A stretch of DNA of 64,000 nucleotides from contig NC_058369.1 of assembly GCF_018350175.1 (NCBI RefSeq), forward strand, positions 5,706,001 to 5,770,000, read 5' to 3'. Made by a program: the position numbers and the translations under genes. Below the pieces are notes generated by a model, which worked only from the letters and a program-made list of their open reading frames with translations, was not told the DNA's origin and searched no databases. Positions 61,701-64,000 of the stretch are shown one piece after another. This DNA comes from Felis catus. Taxonomy: Eukaryota. The first letter of the stretch is position 1. Each line of letters begins with the position of its first letter.

Positions 61701-64000
61701 CCGCATGGTCCTATTAGTGTGTACGAAAAAGCATTTCATAAAATTCAGCAGTCATTCCTGACAAAAGTGAAGTAAAATTTAAAAAGAGAAAGAAATTGCG
61801 AGGCGTGTGGATGGCTCAGTCGGAGGAGAGAGCGAGGTCATGAGTTTGAGGCCCCACGTTGGGCACAGGGGTTACTTAAATAAATACACTTAAAAAATAA
61901 AAAATAGGGGCGCCTGGGTGGCGCAGTCGGTTAAACGTCCGACTTCAGCCAGGTCACGATCTTGCGGTCCATGAGTTCGAGCCCCGCGTTGGGCTCTGGG
62001 CTGATGGCTCAGAGCCTGGAGCCTGTTTCCGATTCTGTGTCTTCCTCTCTCTCTGCCCCTCCCCCGTTCATGCTCTGTCTCTCTCTGTCCCAAAAATAAA
62101 ATAAACGTTGAAAAAATAAATAAATAAATAAAAATAAAAAATAAAAAATAAAGAATAAAAAGGGAAAGATATTGCTTAAATGCAATAAAAGCAATTCCCT
62201 TAAGATCAACAGTAAATATTAGCCTAAATGCTAATCAGGAAAAAGACCAATATGCAGTCTTTTACTGTGGTTATCTAACTCTGTCCTGGGGATTCCAACA
62301 AATGCAGGAGGATAAGAAAACAATAAGACATTTGGAAAGAAAAGGGGCACCTGGGTGGCTCAGTCAGTTAAGCATCTGACTCTTGATCTCAGCTCAGGTC
62401 CAGATCTCAGGGTCATGAGTTCAAGCCCCACATTGGGCTCTGGGCTGGGTGGAGAGCCTACTTAAAAAAAAAAAAAAGACACTTGAAAAGAAGAGATAAG
62501 GTGAACTCTCTTTGTTCAAGTGCTCTTAGCAAGAATTTAGTAAGATGACTACCTGGAATAGAAATACTCAAAAGACTCAGAAATGAGCAAACACCACATT
62601 TATTTATTTATTTTTAAATTTGTTCAATGTTTATTCATTTTTGAGAGACAGAGCGTGAGCAGGGGAAGAACGGAGAGAGAGGGAGACACAGAATCGGAAG
62701 CAGGCTCCAGGCTCCGAGCTGTCAGCACAGAGCCCGATGTGGGGCTCGAACCCACAAACCGTGAGATCATGACCTGAGCTGAAGTCGGATGTTCAACCCA
62801 CTGAGCCACCCAGGCTTCCCGAGGGAAAATGACAAACTACCTGTGAACAAATTTAATGAAAACAGCACAGGTACAATACAAACAAAATTATAAAATCTCA
62901 TTGAAGGAGGGAAAGCAAGGTCTGTAGTAATGGAAAGACAGTTTCTTGGGTTGACATAAAAAAAAAAAAACTATAAATTACCCACAATCTAACTTACAAA
63001 TTAAAAAAATTTTTTTTCTAATATTTATCTTTTTTTGAGAGACAGAGCATGAGCAGGGGTGTGGGGTGGGGGGCAGAGAGAGAGGGAGACCCAAAATCCA
63101 AAGCAGGCTCCAGACTCCGAGCTGTCAGCACAGAGCCCGACGTGGGGCTCGAACTCACGAACTGCAAGGTCACGACCTGAGCTGAAGTCGGACGTGTACC
63201 AACTGAGCCACCCAGGCACCCCCTAACTTACAAATTTAACACAATTGTACTCAGCATCCCAACAGAAAAAGAACAATTCTTTTTCTTGAGGAGCCAAGAC
63301 AAACATAAAAAAGAAAGGGGGAGAATCCAATTGCTGAGGTATTAAAATGGAACTAGTTAGGTAGCCGAGTAGAAAAAGAACAGAAATCCTGAAACATAAT
63401 CCGTCGTATATGAAAATCTATATATGATAAAAAGTGGTACTTTAATTCTCAGGGAATAGGGTGGTTTATTTTTTTTTAATTTTTTTTTTTAATTTATTTT
63501 TGAGACAGAGAGAGACAGAGCATGAATGGGGGAGGGTCACAGAGAGAGGGAGACACAGAATCTGAAACAGGCTCCAGGCTCTGAGCTGTCAGCACAGAAC
63601 CCGACGCGGGGCTCGAACTCACAGACTGCGAGATCATGACCTGAGCCAAAGTCGGACGCTTAACCGACCAAGCCACCCAGGCGCCCCATAGGGTGGTTTA
63701 TTTTAAAAATAGTGTTGGCCCAATTCTGAATATCCATCTGAAACACAAGTAGAGCCTTAGTAAACCCTTTGTTAATTGTTGAATACAAAAAGCAAAAATA
63801 TATTCCAGATAGAGTCAAAACTCAAATATAAAAGAATAAAAATCTTGCTAGGAAATCTAAGCGAATACATATGCAATCTAAGGACAAAAGAGAATTTCCT
63901 TGGCAGGAATGGGAACTCTAGGCGATAAAAGATACCACAAAATTTTGACGCCAATAAATCAGATGGCAAGGGACATGTATAAATTGGAAAAAAGACAATT
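58723..64000. mobile_element. Highly decayed old L1 (HAL1/L1ME-like, +) with ~14 CanSINEs (e.g. 58723-58940, 59272-59490, 59987-60215, 61226-61570, 61907-62150, 62344-62475 +; 62610-62820, 63010-63222, 63470-63687 -)
   Basis: ggagaaatcaaatggtcccagagaaaagatctat; aaaagcatttcataaaattcagca (ORF2-like); SINE consensus motifs. Confidence 0.75.
58970..59160. repeat. AT-rich (TA)n-like low-complexity tract
   Basis: Read directly from the sequence. Confidence 0.9.

Noticed and set aside
30666..63687. Recurring ORFs such as MAQSVKRLTSAQVMISRFVSSSPASGSVLTAQSLEPASDSVSPSLSAPP that look like a paralogous small-protein family or repeat-spacer array
   Set aside because: They are translations of dispersed CanSINE copies in both orientations with A tails and TSDs. 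They are not genes and not a CRISPR-like array.
28000..64000. Possible FBN3 exons (I recall FBN3 being the upstream neighbour of CERS4 in human)
   Set aside because: No signal peptide, EGF/cbEGF or TB cysteine patterns are visible in the ORF track or by eye; if syntenic, the gene lies beyond the window.

Overview
Mammalian, GC-rich, very SINE-dense genomic DNA, almost certainly from a felid (cat-type CanSINE/SINEC_Fc elements, roughly 70 copies by eye, plus a carnivore-type L1). The only protein-coding gene I can support is ceramide synthase 4 (CERS4/LASS4) on the minus strand. Six coding exons (4404-4232, 1806-1689, 1025-907, 806-749, 424-374, 55-<1) splice in frame with GT-AG sites into MWSSFNEWFWQEKLWLPPNSSW...[14 protein letters not shown]...YYWYLLELSFYI; the gene runs off the left edge. 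Its CpG-island promoter and putative non-coding exon 1 lie at ~26.4-27.85 kb, and a well-supported candidate non-coding exon 2 lies at 25277-25132. From 28 to 64 kb the sequence is intergenic: SINEs, L1/L2/MIR, MaLR/ERVL LTRs and hAT DNA-transposon fossils. There is no CRISPR, rRNA or true tRNA gene, and no multi-gene novel system is supported. Best lead: candidate exon 2 holds a strong-Kozak 19-codon uORF whose AUG sits in a perfect 10-bp hairpin and whose UGA would land 1 nt before the CERS4 AUG, a possible splicing-controlled translational switch. Three AT-rich unique segments with plus-strand splice signals (one bounded by an 11-bp direct repeat) and several local duplications are also flagged. 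Repeat family names come from recalled consensus sequences, not a search, and repeat boundaries are approximate.
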